In this document: positions 39,320-51,199 of the stretch, in pieces | Layout: every line of letters begins with the position of its first letter | Numbering within the stretch: position 1 is the stretch's first letter | DNA from: Chiloscyllium plagiosum | Lineage: Eukaryota | Assembly (NCBI RefSeq): GCF_004010195.1 | Contig: NC_057719.1 | Coordinates: forward strand, 45,626,658 to 45,690,657 | Reading direction: 5' to 3' | Length of the DNA stretch: 64,000 bases | The notes under the pieces: generated by a model | Told to the model about the DNA's origin: nothing | Seen by the model: only the letters and a program-made list of their open reading frames with translations | Databases searched by the model: none | Position numbers and translations under genes: made by a program

Positions 39320-40280
39320 AGAGTTGTACATCATCCTAAATTAATCTAGTCCCATTTGCCAATATTTGGCCCATTTCCCTCTAAGCCCCTTCCTATTCAT
39401 ATACCCATTCAGATGCCTTTTAAATGTTGTAATTGTACCAGCCTCCACTTCATACAGGCTCTGCATGAAACAGTTGACCTTTAGGTCTCTTTCAAGTCTT
39501 GCCCCTCTCACTTTAAACCTATGCCCTCCAATGTTGGACTTTGCTAACCTGGGAAAAAGACATTGGCTATTAACCCTATCTATGCCCCTCATGATTCTAT
39601 AAATCTCTATAAGATCCCCCTCAGCCTCCAATGCTCTTGGGGAAAAAAGTCAATTCAGACTCCCCTTATAGCTCAAACCCTCCAACCCTGGCAATACCCT
39701 TGTAAATCTTTTCTGAACCCTTTCAAGTTTATCAACATCTTTCATATAGCAGGGAGACCAGAATCAAATGCAGTATTCCAAAGGTGGCCTAACCAATGTC
39801 CTGTACAGCTGCAACATGACCTCCCAACTCCTGTACTCAAAGCACTGACCAACAATAGGGAGCATATCACATGCCTTCTTCACTACCCTGTCTACTTGTG
39901 ACTCCACTTTTAATGATGAAAGGTCTCTTTGTTCAGCAACACTTCCCAGGATCCTACCATTAAATATATAAATCATGCCCTGGTTTGCAAAATGCCACAC
40001 CTCACACTTAACTAAATTAAACTCCATCTGCCACACCTTGGCCCATGACCCCAACAGATCAGTGTCCTGTTGTACTCTGAGATAGCCTGCTTTGCTGTCC
40101 ACTACACCACAAATTTTGGTGTCATCTGCAAACTTACAACCATTCCTCCTATATTCACATGGAACTAATTTATCGAAATGTCAAAAAACAGAGAACCCAG
40201 GACTGATCCTTGCAGCACATCACCGGTCACTAGCCTCCAGTCTGCAAAACACCCCTCCAGCACCATCCTCTTTCTTCCAC
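39320..40280 (-). mobile_element. CR1 LINE fragment
   Basis: WAKVWQMEFNLVKCEV and LYRTLVRPPLEYC. Confidence 0.92.
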
Positions 40281-40394
40281 CTTCAAGCAAAAAAATCAGA
40301 AAATGTATTTCCAAGTCTAAAGAAAAGGTCTTAAAAATTCATTGACCCGCATGAAGAGAAATAATGTGGGGACTATGACTTACATATACTAGGT

Positions 40395-41305
40395 AAGACC
40401 ATAACAGATAGGAACTAGAGTAGGGATTCGACTCCCTCCAGCTTGTTCTGTCATTGAATAGGATCATGACTGATCCAACATGTATCACATATGCTTTCAT
40501 ATGTTTTCTCTGTATCCTTGATTCCCCAACTCATCAGCCTTAAATATACACAAGGACTCTGTCCCATAGTTCTCTGTAGCAAGGCATTCCAAAGACTCAC
40601 AATCCTCTAATAAATATCTCCTTATCTCAGTCTTAAATTGGCACTCCTTTATTCTGAGACGATACCCTTTGGTCTCAGACTTTCCCATGAGGGGAACCAT
40701 CCTGTCAGCATTTACTGTGTCAATTCTTAAGAATCCTATGTGTCTCAATGAGATCACCTCTCAGTCTTCTAAACTCCAGTGAGTAAAGCGCCAACCTGTT
40801 TAGACTTTGCTCATTCGTCCAAACCAGGGATCATCCTTGTGTATCTTCTCTGAACGTCTTCGAATGAAATGCTATCTTGCCTTAAGTAAGGAGACCAAAA
40901 CTGCTCACAGTACTCCAGTATCACCAACCCTTCTGTTCAGTTGCAGTAAGATTTCCCTACTGTCATACTCCAACTTCTCAAAATAAGGGCCAACATTCCA
41001 TTAGTCTTTCTGATTACCTGCGCACATACCTGAATGTGTGTGCTACCTTTCTGTGTTTTGTGCACAAGTGCCCCCAAGTCTCACTATGTTGCAACTTTGT
41101 TTTTTTTCCTTTTAAACAATACTATTCTTTTGTTCTCCTTTCCAAACTTCATTTTTTCCCAAATTCTTGCCCACTTATTTAGCCTATCAATATCTCTCTG
41201 TGAACCATTAGTATCACTCTTGCAACTTGCCTTGTCACCTATTTTTGTGCTGCCTGCAAATTTGATTCCAATACATTCACTTGCTTCTTTCAAGTCATTA
41301 ACATA
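40395..41305 (-). mobile_element. Older CR1 LINE fragment
   Basis: KFAGSTKIG...QRDIDRLNKWA, plus the CR1 3' UTR. Confidence 0.82.
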
Positions 41306-41309
41306 TTAT

Positions 41310-41400
41310 AGCTGGAAATGTGTTGCTGGAAAAGCGCAGCAGGTCAGGCAGCATCCAGGGAACAGGAGAATCGACGTTTCGGGCATAAGCCCTTCTTCAG
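41310..41400 (-). mobile_element. Penelope pLTR-derived unit with intact hammerhead core
   Basis: Reverse complement reads CTGAAGA-a-GGGC ttat GCCC-GAAA-C-GTC-gatt. Confidence 0.85.
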
Positions 41401-41759
41401 TAAAATAGTACTGAGGGAATGTTCGACTGTCCTTCAGATACTTTGACCTAACCCACCAAGTTGGATGCCTGCTTTACAAACCACTCAATTACATTCTTCA
41501 TTGAAGTCAATGGAGTGTTAAAACATGCAACTGACCTGAATCTGTTTCCATTCATTGGCCAGGTTCAAAATGGAACTAAGCTGTTAAACTAAAGTGTTTA
41601 CCTGCTTTTCCCAGTTGAGCGCCAAGGAACCCCAACAATAGTCTGCCTTTCAGTTCATCCGAAGTTGCGTCTGCTTTCCCTCAAAGGTCTATCACTAGTT
41701 CTTACCTATTCCTCATTCACATTCTACACTACAGCATTATCAAAAAGCCTAAAATCAGG

Positions 41760-42520
41760 TTCCACAGATGCCATAATGATGAAGAGCTTTACCTTAATAC
41801 CTCTTGAATCCTCCTTCATGTGTAACTTGTCACAGCTTGTCTAAGCTCTAGTCATCAATGAAACATTATCCAGTAAAATACTTTGTCCTGAGCCCCTGTT
41901 GCAAATTCCTTATCCTAACCTCCAACCCCATTCCTCTCCCATTCAGCTGCCTGTGCTTGAACCAGACTGTTCACATAATCTTATCCAGGTGGTGCTTTCA
42001 AACAGATAGCCCTACCATCACTGAGACTGCCTCTCAGGAACATCACCTGACTCCATTCCTGATTCAGTTTATCAGCTGCTGAAACTCTCAGCCATGCTTA
42101 ATGAATGTTTAAAACAGTCATTAAAAAACTTCTCTCGTGTATCCTAAATTGCACTAAGACCTTATGGTCAATGATTTACATTGGCTTGCAGTCAAGTAAT
42201 GCATCGATTTAAAAATTATTAACCTTGTTTTCAAATCCATCCATGGAGTTGCCCATCCCTGGCTCTGTAATCTCCTCCAACCACAATATAATTGTGTTCC
42301 TTTACTGGCCTCATGTTTACCCCAATTTAATTCAACCAATGGTGACCACTGAATACCCTCCCATATTCTCATTGTCTCTTCACCGACCTTCATGTCCAAG
42401 TCTTTGGTCATCCGTCCTAGTAGCTTCTTATACAACCCAGTGTCAATTTCTGTTTAATAATACCCCTTTTAAGTATGTTGGACACTTTGGTACCTTAAAG
42501 GCATTACAAAATGCTGTTGT
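41760..42520 (+). mobile_element. L2 LINE 3' remnant
   Basis: DLHWLAVK*CIDLKIINLVFKSIHGVAHPWL. Confidence 0.7.
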
Positions 42521-43179
42521 GATTTAGGTAAACGTAAAAGATTATGGGACTTTTTTTTCCAGGGAGGAGGAGGAATATTTTTAGTGTGCTAGTTAGCATT
42601 CATCTCTCAAACTACATTAGTAAAAAATGAAACAGTCATTAATTTCACTGTTTGGATCCTGAATGTGCATAACTAAGATCTTATTTATTGTTAATTGAAC
42701 TATTTTAGACCGAGAAACTAATTCCAACCTGTCATATTGAGATACCCTGCATTTTAATGTAAATGGCCAGTACATTTCAAAGCTGTTGTAATTGGGTGTG
42801 GTTCATCACACTGTACAGGCCGCTGGGAACATGGAGCTGAATCTCACATTTTTTGAGAGTCTGAATTGCATTGATTTTTGTGCAGGGTTTCTCACCAAGA
42901 GGCCTTGTGAGCCTTCATGCCCTATCTTACCAAATTCAACTCAGATATTCATTACCATGGTGTCTCATACTTCTAACTTCCACTGCAACTCATAACTTGT
43001 ATTTGCACAACTCACCGCTGATTGGATATCTGCTGAAACACCATCCCTTGCACTTGTGCCATCTTTAAAAGCCTGTTGTGCACCCAAACACACACTTTCA
43101 GTATGGAGCTGCCATGGTTCATGACATTTATTCCAAACACAAGAGAAGGGGAAGATCACCACCTTGCTGTGTGAATACC

Positions 43180-43660
43180 TGACTTCCCTGGGTAAAGGGT
43201 GCTATAGATGGTAGATACATTACATTGAGAGCATCATGTCACAACACAGCTGACTTCTTCAACTAAAAAGATTCAATTCTATCAATGTACTAGCTATCTG
43301 TGATCACCAATACCATAGCTTAAAAGTCTGTATCTGGGAGCTTGAAAGCTGCCATGATGCCTACCTCCTTGGGAACACCCCATGTTCCTGCTTCGCTCCA
43401 AGGGCCAGATGCCTGATATGGATGGTTAGTAGAAAATGAGTTACTCATACAGCCATGGCTTATTGCTCTGTTATACAGCCCACTGACTGAGGCTCAATGT
43501 AGATACAATACAGCCCATTCTTCCATATTGACCATTATGGAGCAGACAATAGGGCTCCTGAAGATGATGTACTGATGCTTGGATAGGTTTGAGGGAATGT
43601 TTGAATTCAATCCAGAGACTGTGCCACATAATCCGAAAATACTGTGCCATGCACAACTGA
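43180..43660 (+). pseudogene. Decayed PIF/Harbinger DDE transposase (HARBI1-like, DDE_Tnp_4)
   Basis: With stops and frameshifts it reads VKGAIDGRYITLRA...FFN*K / SINVLAICDH...SCHDAYLL / GWLV...PWL...TEAQCRYNTAHSS...MEQTIGLLKM...CLDR / CHII...CAMHN. This is colinear with the Harbinger consensus motifs GAIDG, SINVQ..CD, SVHDA, YN.AH, IE.TFG.LK and C.LHN. Confidence 0.88.
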
Positions 43661-44431
43661 AGTAGCAACAGGGAGATGTGATGGAGTTAGTTAGAAAAGG
43701 AAGAGCAGTCTTCTGAGCAGCAAGATAAGCACATTGGGGATAAAGAATGTCCCACAAAAGCCAAATTGGAATGAAATATGAATTTGTGTATTGTAAGAAC
43801 ATGACCTTCTCTTTCGTCCTCTTCACTTAGGTCACATGTGCAAGGGAAACTGCTGCCTCCTTTTTATTACAGCTGATGGTGGGGGATTGTTAAATGGCAA
43901 TATTCCCTCAGATTTGTGTTGCCCTTGAGGCATCCCTTGTGTTGCCCTTGAGGCCATTTCAGATTGAGAATTTGGACAAGAAGTTAAACCTGCATTCTGT
44001 AGTCACTATTCCTCTGATGCAGATGGTTGTACAAAAGACCACAACACCTGAACATGCTCTCACACTGAAAACATGTTACACTCAGTTGTAAATAGCCACA
44101 GCAACTGCGGTACAATTTGATTTAGCAACTTGAAGTGAGCCTCTTAGCCTTACAAACAGGCAAACTTGCAATCTGATTTAATGAAACACACAATTTAAGC
44201 CAGTATATAGAATAATGAAGTTGATAATTTAACCAGATAGACATGGGTTCTCAACCTTTGCCGCTAACTAGCGTTGGACATAGGACAACTTTTATAAATC
44301 ACAGTACATCTGTGTAGAAGAGTAGTGCACATTTTCATGCATTAATTTTGAAGTGAAGTGAAGAGTACAGAAAATTATAGGCTACAGTTAAAATTTAGCC
44401 AGTGAATTAAATTACAACATTAGAATAATGT

Positions 44432-44733
44432 GGGCGGCACGGTGGCACAGTGGTTAGCATTCAATTCCCGGGTTCAATTCCCGACTCAGGCGACTGACTG
44501 TGTGGAGTTTGCACGTTCTCCCCGTGTCTGCGTGGGTTTCCTCCGGGTGCTCCGGTTTCCTCCCACAGTCCAAAGATGTGCAGGTTAGGTGAATTGGCCA
44601 TACTGAATTGCCCGTAGTGTTAGGTGGGGGGTAAATGTAGGGGAATGGGTGGGTTTCGCTTCGGCGGGTCGGTGTGGACTTGTTGGGCCGAAGGGCCTGT
44701 TTCCACACTGTAATCTAATCTAATCTAATCTAA
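44432..44733 (+). mobile_element. Young HE1-type V-SINE
   Basis: CpGs retained and a (TAATC)n tail. Part of the tRNA-like head is replaced by a duplicated ttcaattccc. Confidence 0.93.
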
Positions 44734-45108
44734 AAAAAAATAAATGACAGTTTAAAGGAAGCCTGGGGTCTATCCTTTCTTTGCTGATGCTTTCAAGCAG
44801 AATACTAGATTCACTGCAATTCAACTGTGCCAAATTGGATCAGTCATGATCTTACTGAATGGCAAGGCAGACTTGAGGTCTAAGTGGACTGCACCTACCC
44901 CTAATTCGTAATTTTGCATGGATATCAAACCTGGTAGGCACACTATAACCACAACTATTTGTACAATGGGCCAGACATTTTTAAGATCATTGTTTTTACT
45001 TGTTTGCAATAGAATCTTTTAACAAGGTATTGTAAATAATTTCAGACCAAACCATTCAGTCATGAGACGATTGAAATTTTTAAAATTCTCGTGAATCCAG
45101 GAGAATTA

Positions 45109-45159
45109 ATTAACTAATGATTATACACTTCTTCCTCTTGTGTATAATCATTAGTTAAT
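45109..45159. repeat. Perfect 20 bp inverted repeat with 11 nt loop
   Basis: attaactaatgattatacac-ttcttcctctt-gtgtataatcattagttaat. Confidence 0.95.
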
Positions 45160-45771
45160 GAAATAAAAATGCATATTTCTGCAATAACTTTTACTATCCG
45201 TATTTAGCAAAGGACTATCTACAAAATGCTTGTATTGTTCTTATTAAAGTACACACATAAGCTCAAATTATTAACAAATGTTAATGGTTTAATAAAATTT
45301 CAAAAAGCACAATATTCTGTGAACAGTTAAAACTGGCTTATATCGCTATAATTTGGGTGAAGAAAGAAAAAATCCTATCCTGCCAATGTATACCACACAT
45401 CAGCTCAATATTAAAGATCAATTTTACCTGCCTAAAATACAAGAGTCAGACTCTGGCACACTTACTGAAATTTGAAAGGAGTCGAATAGGGGATCTTGAG
45501 TACATGCAGGAATTCACATGGTCTGGAGCCATAGTTATAAGTAATCAAGTCTCCACCACTTTGGACTGAGAGGCTTGCTGTAAAATATGTTAAATCAACC
45601 TGTACAATAATATTCAAGACATACAGAAGACTAGCATTTTCACTGCTTTAATTTACTGAGACATACTGTACTAAATTCTTTCTAATTTCAGATGAGTAAC
45701 AAAATAAACTACTAATGAATTATGGAATTAGTTGAAATCCAGAAATATACATTATTAGGAAAACTGACTGC

Positions 45772-45777
45772 TTTATT
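45772..45777 (-). promoter_or_regulatory. Candidate polyadenylation signal AATAAA for TXNDC16
   Basis: tttatt on the + strand about 215 nt past the stop codon. An ATTAAA variant lies at about 45647-45652. The context is AT-rich, so a chance match is possible. Confidence 0.4.
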
Positions 45778-45991
45778 TTGTCTGACTCATGCAGGAAATG
45801 TTAAGCAGTACAGGATTAACTGAAGTGTTCAGTTACTGTTGCACAATCAGCTTCTGATAGTAATTTGCACCTTCTGCTGATAAAGTCTATAACAACATTC
45901 AGAAGCAAATACCATTGTGCCTCAGCTGCTAGAATCAGTATAGCTGGCCAACAGTCTCAGAGCTATCCACTTACTGAACTGTGGTTTCTGA

Positions 45992-46272
45992 TCATAGTTC
46001 ATTATGAAGTTCATGCTGCATTTTCGTTTGCTCATCTGGTTGTGTAGGAGTTCCTTGCACATTTTGAGATGTTGCAACAAATTCACTTTGAACTTCTTCC
46101 TCACCACTCTCATGCAATTGTTCAGTCTCACTTTCCTCCTGTTCATAGGATTTTTCTTGGTTTGCAGAATTGGGTATCCTCTGCTTTGCAAATCCAGGAC
46201 GTACAATATCCATGATGGCCAGAAAATCATAAGTAGCTCGTGGGGGTGTCCACTCTTTTCTTTGCAGATTAC
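45992..46272 (-). CDS. TXNDC16: TXNDC16 last coding exon to stop codon
   Basis: Acceptor tttcacag|. Encodes (C)NLQRKEWTPPRATYDFLAIMD..., versus human QEWKPPLPAYDFLSMID, then an acidic tail ending QHELHNEL*. Phase continues from the previous exon. Confidence 0.92.
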
Positions 46273-46384
46273 CTGTGAAAGTATGATTGTCAAAACTTGT
46301 AAACATCTGACGTTTGAAAACATGTAAGTTGAACTGTCAATAATTACTTATTTAAAGCTTCAATACAATACTTTGATGGGAAAA

Positions 46385-47190
46385 GCAAATGGCTGGTCCT
46401 TGGAGCTTTTGCATGCAGTTTTGGGCTTGGATAAGAAAGTGGTTCCATTTCAATTCATAGTGCATGATCATTCACCACAGGATGTGGCAAGGCTAGAGCT
46501 TAGATTTGATCCATTGGTTGTGTGCTGCTTCTGCTATTTGGCATACATGTCTTTTATGTAGCTTCAGCAGTTTGACACCTTATTTTTAGATATGCCTGGT
46601 GCTGCTCCTGACAAACAATCCTGCACTCTGCATTGAACGAGACTGGATCTCCCAGCATGATGATAATGTTAGGATGGGGGTTATGCTGGGCTCTGAGGTT
46701 AGATTGTGATTGAATGCACAATCTGCTCTTGATGGCCTATACTGCCTCACAGATGTCCATTTTTGATTTGTTAGACCTGTTTGACCAGTCTCTGGGACAG
46801 CTCTTCCAATTTTGGCACAAGCTCCCAGGTGTCAGTAAGGATGGTTTTTGCAGAAAACTGAGTTTGCTGCTAGATTAATTCCTTCATGTAGATTTTCTAT
46901 CAATTTGATACAAGCCATTTCCGAGGACAGTTAGGAGTCAACCATACTGATGTGGACTTGGAGTTACATTAAGCAAAGATTTCTTTCTCTAAAGGACATC
47001 AGTGAACCAGATGGGCTTTTACAATAACTGATAATGGTTAGAAAGCAACTTAGATTAGCTTTTAATTCTAGATGGTGCTATATTCAAATGTCACCATCTG
47101 CCGTGGAGAACTTTACACTGAAGTCCTCAAAGCAATAGTTTAGGGTTCTAAAATACTAATTTAGTGATATCACTAACATGTCACCACCTC
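46385..47190 (-). mobile_element. Old LINE fragment plus second-family SINE remnant
   Basis: Similar to 59790-60730 and to the reverse complement of 34118-34425. Confidence 0.55.
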
Positions 47191-48187
47191 TTCCCTCAAA
47201 CCCATGTCATTTCAGATTCAGTCTCTGATTCTACATACATCATCATCAAAATTCCAAACGTTCTTCCATTATCTTATCATTCCTGATTTTGCCCACAGGA
47301 TATGACAATGGTTTATTCTGTTGGGTCTCAGGTAATGAAATTAAATCCTCCACTTATATTCACATTATGTCAGGAATTACATGAAAAACGTTTCATCGGA
47401 CAAGCTCAGTTAAAGAAATAGATCTTAGAAGTAATTCTAATCATTCAAACAGCTTTATTCCAAAATTATAAGGTTTCTGGTAAAATGAAGCTAGTTGTTC
47501 CACAACATTATTCGTTATTTGGACTCTTCAATATGAGTTCTCACTTAATTTATTTGCTCTCAGATGTGGGCAACACTGGTAAGACCACAGATAGAACCTA
47601 TCACAAGTGAATCTGAAGAAGCAGAAGTTGTGAGATATCTTGTCCCTCTCCTTCATGATCTGCTTATTTCCATTTTGGTAACATTGACTGCATTTATCAA
47701 TTCCTCACCTAACTTGTGGTTAAAATCTTCAACCATGCACTGGTTATTTCAACTGTCAATTATTCCAATTCCTTTTTGGTCCATTTCCAATTGTCCATCC
47801 TCCCTAAACTGGAGATTTATTTGCCAGAAGCAATTGAGTCTGTCTGTTGAGCTTATAAATGAAGTACCATATGGAAATATGGAATGTGCAAGTGAGTTAG
47901 TAACAAATGTGATTAATACAGTACCAGAATTTTCAAGGAGTGCATGGTGAATTTCATTAGAGGGTTACACTGAAGCCAAGTCAAAACTATTTTGCAATGT
48001 CACAAACTGTGCAGTCTATTAGTCACAATGTGTTTTTCATGATTCATGAGCTTTAATAGTTTTAGGCCTGCAACTTAGTGCCCATGTGAAGTTCTTCTAC
48101 CTACTTGGAACCAATATAACTAAATATTCTTCCTGCGCCATTCAAGAGTCTGGGGCAAAACTACTAACTGGTGACTTGCAATACTGA

Positions 48188-48877
48188 GGGCTAAATTTTA
48201 CCAGAAATTTAGGCTAAGTGTTAACTTTGGCGACTTTCATGCAGAAGTTTACTCCATGAGCCTTGGTGAGTTTTCTCACACCATCTTGCAAACTCTGTGC
48301 CATAACCCATGTCACCCCACAAGTTACACTCACCTACTCCCCACAGGTAGAAGAGCTGGCCACTGCTGGGACATCCTGGGATTTTGGCATCATCTTTAAA
48401 GTCCAGATCTGCACCTGGTCAGGTGCTGGCAGTTCACAGCTGCCCTGCACAATTCCTGTCAACTGCCCAAGACATGTCAGACAGAGGAAAATTGGCACCG
48501 CACATTGCTAACAGGGGTCTGGAGGGGTGTTATGTTGGTGCCTGGTATCCAAGATGGAGGGTTGAAGGAGCAAACATTGAACTAGAGTCACCATTCTACC
48601 AGCCCAACCTTCATGTCAGAAATAATCTCCATCTAGTTCTATCTAGCTAGTGGGAAACTGCATATAAATGAGGTGACAGGATGTAATAATGAGGATACTA
48701 ATGCATGAAAATAGACCTCTCACCACTTACTAATGAGAATCCCATCTTGCCATTCAACATGTTGTTGGAAAACAAGATTATTTTGCTCTCTAGTTAAGAA
48801 ATTCCATTTAGATAGGTTTCACAAGATTTTCCCAACCTTCCTTCCTACATTGTTCAGCAGCAGGCAAGATTCCATCC
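48188..48877. mobile_element. Possible non-autonomous Harbinger-like DNA element
   Basis: Degenerate TIRs GGGCTAAATTTTACC and rc GGATGGAATCTTGCC, with TGA on both flanks as a 3 bp TSD. Confidence 0.35.
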
Positions 48878-48954
48878 TGAGTCAAAATTCTTCTGCTTTC
48901 CTCTTGCTGGAAGTAACATTTCTTTGAGTTCTATTTTATTTTTAATGTAAACTT

Positions 48955-49330
48955 GGCAGCTTTGTTCAGTTGATTGCACTCTCACTTTGGAGTCAGAGTT
49001 TGTGAGTTTGAAACCCATGAGACTTGAGCACATAATCTAAGATGACATTTCAGTCTAGCGCTGAGGGAATATGGCATCACCAGAGATGCTGTTCCTCAGC
49101 TGAGAGACTTAACCAATTAGATCATCTTAAAAAATGCGACAGACCGCATGACATTATTTCAGAAAGAGCAGTTGATTCTCCCAAGTCCTGGGAAAAACTG
49201 CTCACTCAATCAACAACACAAAAGCAGATGATCTAGTCATTCTTACATTGGCTGTACAGCCATGCTGTTCCGAGAATTCTTGACATTTATATTTACTGCT
49301 TAAAAAGCACTTTGGGAGGTGATGTAAAAG
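48955..49330 (+). mobile_element. Degenerate Deu-domain SINE
   Basis: gctgagggaat...catgacattatttcagaaagagcag...tctcccaagtcctgg...ctcaatcaaca, plus the L2-like tail aaagcactttggga. Confidence 0.65.
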
Positions 49331-50166
49331 GAATTCCTTTTTCTCAGGCTTCCGTTCAGCTTTTATCATTTGGGCTGTGATGTAAACCTGACTTCCTTCC
49401 TCTTTAGGTTTTGCCCAGCTTTCAGTATTACCATAGTCAGTGTTACCATTGACTATCACAAGACATATGGTGAATGTCAATACTGATGTATTTGAACTTT
49501 TCACTGTTACAAAAGTATCAAGACCTTGAAATAAAGTTAAAAATCACTGGTGCAACATATGTCAAAGAAAGAACATTAAAATAAGTTTGACACATGATGG
49601 ACAATGCCTCTAAATACATATAATAACTGGAGTGAAAATCAGCCACAAATCCAAAACACATGGTAAAAATACAAGTTGTCAACAGACAGATTTTTCAGAA
49701 AAACAAGTAACCAAACCAATAAGCCCATATTGTAACTAAGATAGCTTCTTGCTATCCTCAATCCTGATTCAGAAATATGCTATTTGTTCAGTATCACATG
49801 GTCAACATCCAGGAAGTCCTGAAGTACCACTATCATGGAATGCCATCACTCACGTTCACATGGCAACTCAAGATGGACAATATCACAGCTATGTCAGTAA
49901 GTCCTGATTGCAAACTAAAAACAAAAGCTTGGCCCTGAAAATATGCAGAGCAGTGGCGTGGTGGAAGTGTTAGATGTGCCTACCAGGAACCTCTGATCTT
50001 CACCCTGCCCGAGTATATGAGGATGAGAGGCACCATCAGGAATACATCCTAGGAACCAGCTAGCAGATACCAAGAATTCTAGCATAGACAGTTTTGTTAT
50101 TTGGTGGAGGAATCAACAGCATATTTCTAAAATTCTAGTGCAAATTGAAGTTTGATAACTTTGGAT

Positions 50167-50266
50167 TCCTTTCCTGAAGAAGGGCTTATGCCCGAAACGT
50201 CGATTCTCCTGGTCCTTGGATGCTGCCTGACCTGCTGCGCTTTTCCAGCAACACATTTTCAGTTCT
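50167..50266 (+). mobile_element. 100 bp Penelope pLTR-derived insertion with intact hammerhead
   Basis: 11 bp TSD taactttggat at 50156-50166 and 50267-50277. Confidence 0.9.
50171..50205 (+). ncRNA. Minimal hammerhead ribozyme
   Basis: ttc-CTGAAGA-a-GGGC ttat GCCC-GAAA-C-GTC-gatt. Core and stem II are perfect; predicted cleavage after 50201. Confidence 0.8.
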
Positions 50267-51008
50267 TAACTTTGGATGTTACATGGTAAAAACAAACTCT
50301 AAATGCTACAATGAAGAATAACTCATAATGTTTTACTACAGTTGAAATTTCTAGGCTTCAACATTACTGCTGTTTCTTAAGTTATATTGTCCGATTTGAT
50401 TTCCCAAACTTCCATCTTTTCATTCACTTCTATTTCAATCAATTCCAGCACTGTTAATACAATGTCAGCAACATTAGCATAAGAAAATCATGAACTGATT
50501 TCATTACTCATTTACAATGTCATCTCTAAAGGTATATTTCTGTGACCCTGTTCCACACTCATTCTCCCCACCCCCCCCACTCCTTTTTAAAAGGGCAAGA
50601 AGGAATTCAAAAATATTTAATACTTTTGTAGGTTCGGCTAGGTCTGGTAAATAATGGGCGCCCCAATTACAAGGCGGATGATAGATCTGAATTTTTGTCA
50701 ATAATGCAGAGGAACATGAATGATGAAGTGTCTGGCTTTGGAACTGCCCTCCACCTATTAACCCACTCAGGCAAGTGACATTATTTCAGTTTAGGAAGTC
50801 TGTGCTTCTTAGGGACTTGCAAGAATCTGTAATATCCCAGGATATCGATGTCCTGGTCTCTTTACTAGCTCTTTCCATACATTGTCACCAGACGTACAGC
50901 TGGACTGAACTGGAAGGCATAGGAATTTCATCCATCTGATAACCATTATTCTTGCATTGCAGACTCAGCTGTTTAAATGTACTATTGGAAAACATTGATA
51001 TTACTTAC

Positions 51009-51199
51009 ATTTTGGAATCTCCTGTCCTGTTTGTACCTTCTCTAACCAATGTAGCACACCGACCGTTGATATCAGCTCTCCTTCCGGAAATGCAAACACA
51101 TGGCCATGACAGCTGAGTTGTACTAAGACCAGTGCTGGCAGCTGTGGGAGGTAGTTCAAATATACTTGAAGAATCTCTTTTCCGACATGTGTCTTTCGT
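51009..51199 (-). CDS. TXNDC16: TXNDC16 penultimate coding exon, 191 nt
   Basis: Acceptor cactaag| and donor |gtaagt. Encodes (L)RKTHVGKEILQVYLNYLPQLPALVLVQLSCHGHVFAFPEGELISTVGVLHWLEKVQTGQEIPK, versus human [38 protein letters not shown]. Phase 2 to 1. Confidence 0.93.

Noticed and set aside
44432..44500. tRNA-like A/B boxes
   Set aside because: These are SINE heads, not tRNA genes. There is no full cloverleaf, and they continue into the V-domain.
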